Shown: one piece after another, positions 59,330-64,000 of the stretch
How the letters are laid out: each line of letters starts with the position of its first letter
How positions within the stretch are numbered: position 1 is the first letter of the stretch
NCBI GenBank assembly: GCA_043782995.1
Contig: JAYVZV010000009.1
Span: forward strand, 554 to 64,553
Length of the DNA: 64,000 nt
Direction: 5' to 3'
Origin: Acidimicrobiales bacterium
GTDB lineage: Bacteria > Actinomycetota > Acidimicrobiia > Acidimicrobiales > RAAP-2
The notes under the pieces: model-generated
What the model saw: the letters and a program-made list of their open reading frames with translations, nothing else
Told to the model about the DNA's origin: nothing
Database searches by the model: none
Translations under genes and position numbers: made by a program

Positions 59330-59511
59330 TGACCCAGTGGTGCGAAAACTGCGACCGACCGGTCGGGGGCGACACCTGCGAGGTCTGCGGAGCGTCGGTC
59401 GCGCAGATCGAGCGCGAGCCGATGCCGTGGATGTGGCGCTTCTTTATCGTCGCGACCGTCATCTACGTTATCTGGCGGATCTATCAGTTAGTTTCGTGGC
59501 TCAGCCACTAG
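59329..59511 (+). CDS. small zinc-ribbon plus TM hypothetical protein
   Basis: CENCDRPVGGDTCEVCG followed by WRFFIVATVIYVIWRIY. TAATG overlap with der. Confidence 0.5.
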   Translation: MTQWCENCDRPVGGDTCEVCGASVAQIEREPMPWMWRFFIVATVIYVIWRIYQLVSWLSH

Positions 59512-59521
59512 GAGGTCGACC

Positions 59522-60037
59522 ATGCCTATCTACGCACTCGGTGACCGGACGCCGACGATCCACCCCGACGCCTTCGTACACCCCGACGCCGTCGTGATCG
59601 GTGACGTGCGCATCGGCGCCCACTCGTCGGTGTGGCCCGGGGCCGTGCTGCGCGGCGACTACGGGACGATCATGGTGGGTGAGCGCACCTCGGTCCAGGA
59701 CGGCGCCGTCGTGCACGCAGTCGCCGACTACCCGACGGTCATCGGCGACGACTGCGTGGTGGGGCACCTGGCCCATCTCGAGGGCTGCGTCGTCGAGGAC
59801 CGGGCGCTGATCGGTAGCGGCTCGGTCGTGCTGCACGAGGCGACCGTGCGTAGTGGCGCGACAGTGGCCGCCGGGGCCGTCGTGCGCAACCGCACCGACG
59901 TGCCCGCCAACGCGCTCGCCGTCGGCGTACCCGCGACGATCAGACCCGACGCCAGCAACCGCGACGAGATCGCCCTGGGGGCCGCGCTCTACGTGCAAAA
60001 CGCCCATCGCTACCGCGACGAGCTACGCCTGGTCTAG
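59522..60037 (+). CDS. gamma-class carbonic anhydrase family (hexapeptide repeat) protein
   Basis: PTIHPDAFVHPDAVVIGDVRIG...SVWPGAVLRGD...VGHLAHLEGC. Confidence 0.85.
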   Translation: MPIYALGDRTPTIHPDAFVHPDAVVIGDVRIGAHSSVWPGAVLRGDYGTIMVGERTSVQDGAVVHAVADYPTVIGDDCVVGHLAHLEGCVVEDRALIGSGSVVLHEATVRSGATVAAGAVVRNRTDVPANALAVGVPATIRPDASNRDEIALGAALYVQNAHRYRDELRLV

Positions 60038-61053
60038 CCGTGAGAAATCTCGACGAGGCGCTCGAGGGCCGTCGCCGCGTGGCCCTCGACGACGCTCGCC
60101 GAGGCGAGCGCGAAGCCCTGGGGTAGGGACGTCGCGCGCCCGGCCACGATCAGTGCGAGGGCGGCGTTGGCGCACACGACGTCAAAGACCGGTCCCTGGC
60201 GGCCCTCGAGGAAGTCGCGCACGACGTTCACGTTGTGCGCAGTGTCGCCACCGCGGATGGTTTCGACGTCGTGGTGCAGTCCCAGCTCGGACGGAGCGTC
60301 GAGTCGTTGGACCTCGGCGCCGAGGGGGGTGATGACGTGCAAGGTCGACGGCGCACCGAGGGACAGCTCGTCCAGACCGTCGTCGGCGTTCACCAGGACT
60401 GCGTAGTCGACGCCGCGCGCGACGAGGACCCAAGCCATGTGGTCCAGCAGCCGAGCCTCGGCGACGCCAATGAGCGAGCGGCGCACCATCGCGGGGTTGG
60501 CGAGCGGACCAAGGACGTTGAAGATCGTCCGAAATCCAAGGGCCCGCCGAATCGGCGTGAGGTAGCCCAGAGCGTGGTGGAACGTGGGGGCGAAGAGGAA
60601 TCCAATGCCCGCGCCCGCGACGCAGGCGCGTACGACCTCCTCGGGCGCGTCGAGGCGCACCCCGAGCGCCTCCAGGACATCGGCCGACCCGACCGACGAG
60701 GAGGCGGCGCGGTTGCCGTGCTTGGCGACCGGCACGCCGCACCCGGCAACGGCCAACGACGCCATCGTCGAAACGTTCACCGTGTGCTGCCGATCGCCTC
60801 CGGTGCCGACAATGTCCATCGCCTCGGGCCCAACGTCGAAGGTGGTGGCGGAGGACATCATGGCGTCGATGAATCCGGTCATCTCGTCGGCGGTCTCGCC
60901 CTTGGCGGTCAGTGCCGTCAGGAAACTCGCTATCAGCACCCCCTCGACGCGACCCTCGAGGATGGCCGAGAGCGCGTCGCGGGCCTCGCCGCGCTCGAGG
61001 TCGGTCCCGTGAACGAGGGGGTCGAGAAATTCGCTGGAGAATGATCCGATCAT
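60034..61053 (-). CDS. trpD: anthranilate phosphoribosyltransferase
   Basis: DIVGTGGD...KHGNRA...; 339 aa. Confidence 0.9.
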   Translation of the reverse strand: MIGSFSSEFLDPLVHGTDLERGEARDALSAILEGRVEGVLIASFLTALTAKGETADEMTGFIDAMMSSATTFDVGPEAMDIVGTGGDRQHTVNVSTMASLAVAGCGVPVAKHGNRAASSSVGSADVLEALGVRLDAPEEVVRACVAGAGIGFLFAPTFHHALGYLTPIRRALGFRTIFNVLGPLANPAMVRRSLIGVAEARLLDHMAWVLVARGVDYAVLVNADDGLDELSLGAPSTLHVITPLGAEVQRLDAPSELGLHHDVETIRGGDTAHNVNVVRDFLEGRQGPVFDVVCANAALALIVAGRATSLPQGFALASASVVEGHAATALERLVEISHG

Positions 61054-61135
61054 GGGTGACGTCGCATGACGGGCCGTGACATAGGGACAAGTTAGTCGCC
61101 AATCGGGTGCCTTCTCGCACCACTACGATTCGGAG

Positions 61136-61925
<790 letters not shown>

Positions 61926-61933
<8 letters not shown>

Positions 61934-62567
61934 GTTCACGGACAGTTCCTACGTCAAAATCTGCGGGGTGACGACGACCGTCGATGTCGAGACGGTCGTG
62001 GCGTCCGGGGCCGACGGCCTGGGACTCATCCTGTCCGAGTCTCCGCGCGAGTTGACCCTTGACGCGGCCCGGTCCCTCGCCGACGCGGCGCGGGGACGCA
62101 TCCTCGTGACGGCGGTCTATCGCGGCCGCAACAACGACTTCATCCTCCAATCAGCGACGGCCCTCGACGTCGACGTAGTCCAGGTCCACGGTCCCTTGAG
62201 TGCCGAGTTGCGCGAAGCGCTTCGCGCCGACCAGCGTCTGATCGTGAAGGCCCTCGCCATCGACGGCGCAGAGTTCCTCGACTTCGACGACACCCTGGTC
62301 GACGCGGTGATGGTCGACGGACCCCAGCCCGGCAGTGGTATTCCCCACTCGTGGGACCGCCTCTCCGCCAGGACGTTTCGAGTGCCCGTCATCGCGGCCG
62401 GGGGACTGGCGCCCGCGAACGTGGTCGACGTGGTGCGACGGACCAAGGCCTGGGGCGTCGACGTTTCGAGCGGGGTCGAGTCGTCGCCGGGGGTGAAGGA
62501 CCCTACGCTAGTGAGACAGTTCGTGGAGAAGGCGCGACGAGCGCTGACAGAGAGGGCAGTCACGTGA
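61926..62567 (+). CDS. trpF: phosphoribosylanthranilate isomerase
   Basis: VKICGVTT...VQVHG...AGGL. GTG start overlaps the trpC stop. Confidence 0.85.
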
Positions 62568-63748
62568 GCGAGCCGCAGCACTACATGTCGGCGCCCGACT
62601 CGCGCGGTCGGTTCGGCAACTTTGGTGGCCGCTTCGTGCCCGAGGCCTTGATGCCGGCCTGTCTCGAACTGGAGAGGGCCTTCGTGGAGGCCTGGAGCGA
62701 CGTCGCGTTCGTCGACGAGTACCAGCGGGTGCTGCGCCAGTTCGCTGGTCGCCCGACGCCGGTCACCCACCTCGAGCGGCTGTCGGCGAAGCTCGGGATC
62801 CACCTCTACGCCAAGCGTGAGGACCTCGCCCACACCGGTTCGCACAAGATCAACAACGTCATCGGCCAGACCCTGCTCACCCAACGCATGGGCAAGCGTC
62901 GGGTCATCGCCGAGACCGGGGCCGGCCAGCACGGCGTCGCGACGGCCACCGCCGCGGCCCGTCTCGGACTGGAGTGCACGGTCTACATGGGCGAGGTGGA
63001 CACGGTGCGCCAGTCCCTCAACGTGTTTCGCATGGAACTGCTCGGGGCGACCATCATTCCGGTGACCGCCGGTAGCCGAACGCTGAAGGACGCCGTCAAC
63101 GAGGCGATGCGCGAGTGGGTGGCCTGCGTCGACGACACGCACTACTGCCTCGGCTCGGTAATGGGCCCCCACCCCTTCCCATGGATGGTCCGCGAGTTCC
63201 AGAGCATCATCGGGCGAGAGGCGACCGCGCAGCTGAAGGACCTGGGCGTGGGTACGCCCGACGTCGTCGTCGCTTGCGTCGGCGGGGGCTCGAACGCGGC
63301 GGGCATCTTCTCGGGGTTCGCCGATACCTCGGCCCGCCTGGTCGGCGTCGAGGCCGCCGGGGGGGCCGCGGTCGCCACCGGCTCGCCCGGCGTGCTGCAC
63401 GGGATGTCGTCGCTCCTCATCCAGGACGAGTTCGGCCAGATCGAGGAGGCCCACTCGATTTCGGCCGGCCTCGACTACCCGGGCATCGGTCCCGAGCACG
63501 CTCACCTGGCCGAGATCGGTCGCGCCGAATATTACCCGATCGGCGACGAGGACGTCCTCGACGCCCTGGCCCTGTTGAGCGAGCTCGAGGGCATCATCCC
63601 GGCGCTCGAATCGGCCCACGCAATCGCCTGGATCGCGCGCGAGTCCGGTCGCTCCATTGCCGAGGGATCGTCGGTCCTGCTCAACCTCTCGGGTCGGGGA
63701 GACAAGGACGTGGCCCAGGTTCGCGCCCTGCTGCGCGGCGAATCATGA
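62564..63748 (+). CDS. trpB: tryptophan synthase beta chain
   Basis: [13 protein letters not shown]...HTGSHKINN...GGGSNA. GTGA overlap with trpF. Confidence 0.9.
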   Translation: MSEPQHYMSAPDSRGRFGNFGGRFVPEALMPACLELERAFVEAWSDVAFVDEYQRVLRQFAGRPTPVTHLERLSAKLGIHLYAKREDLAHTGSHKINNVIGQTLLTQRMGKRRVIAETGAGQHGVATATAAARLGLECTVYMGEVDTVRQSLNVFRMELLGATIIPVTAGSRTLKDAVNEAMREWVACVDDTHYCLGSVMGPHPFPWMVREFQSIIGREATAQLKDLGVGTPDVVVACVGGGSNAAGIFSGFADTSARLVGVEAAGGAAVATGSPGVLHGMSSLLIQDEFGQIEEAHSISAGLDYPGIGPEHAHLAEIGRAEYYPIGDEDVLDALALLSELEGIIPALESAHAIAWIARESGRSIAEGSSVLLNLSGRGDKDVAQVRALLRGES

Positions 63749-64000
63749 AGTCCCTCGAGCGAGGTCTGCGCGAGTTGCGCGACTCGGGTCGCAAGGCCCT
63801 CGTGCCCTACTTCATGGGGGGCCTGACGCCCGACTGGACCCGCCACGTCGAGGCGGCGGTGCTCGCGGGCGCTGACGCCGTCGAGATTGGCGTGCCCTTC
63901 TCGGATCCGATGATGGACGGCGTCGTGATTCAGGAGGCCGCTTTGCGGGCCCTGGGAGCCGGCACGACGCTGGACTCGATCTGCGCCGACCTTGAGCACC
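63745..64000 (+). CDS. trpA: tryptophan synthase alpha chain, N-terminal part (runs off the right edge)
   Basis: [26 protein letters not shown]...[18 protein letters not shown] overlap with trpB. Absent from the ORF track because no stop lies in the window. Confidence 0.85.
   Translation, partial: MKSLERGLRELRDSGRKALVPYFMGGLTPDWTRHVEAAVLAGADAVEIGVPFSDPMMDGVVIQEAALRALGAGTTLDSICADLEH

Overview
High-GC, actinobacterium-like chromosomal window made of two parts. (1) About 1-40.4 kb is an accessory-looking mosaic. It holds a class III cyclase-STAND-TPR protein, secreted BNR/DUF4232 proteins, a DUF1326/DUF2182 pair and an RHH-Doc toxin-antitoxin pair. It also holds many small-molecule enzymes (VOC, SDR, CoA-transferase, ACAD, thioesterase, methyltransferases), one intact IS110-family element, and an unusually high load of gene remnants: serine recombinase, FtsK-like, IS3 orfA, a second IS110 N-terminus, GAF-ANTAR, a frameshifted membrane protein and a double-stop gene. 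(2) About 40.4-64 kb is a conserved housekeeping block: nadK-recN-pyrG-nudix-xerD, trpS, scpAB-rluB-aroH-tyrA-aroA-cmk-plsC, ispH, der and trpD/trpCFBA. Many of these genes have overlapping start/stop codons. The most interesting signal is not a protein. It is a ~50-nt intergenic repeat family, with at least 12 recognisable copies between 0.56 and 23.2 kb, all in the same orientation, and none found by eye in the other 41 kb. Each unit has a GCCTCCAGTG-like box, a fixed 20-nt spacer and a GTCGG-GCCT-CCGAC hairpin followed by ACC. One copy is read through by the 3' end of a decayed serine-recombinase gene. A 50-bp piece of that junction recurs 7.5 kb away beside IS3 and IS110 remnants. No rRNA, tRNA or CRISPR array was found by eye. 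All protein calls come from motif recognition in the supplied translations, not from database searches. Several stretches (35.9-36.6 kb, 37.3-38.1 kb, 28.45-28.9 kb, 29.7-30.0 kb) remain without a confident call.
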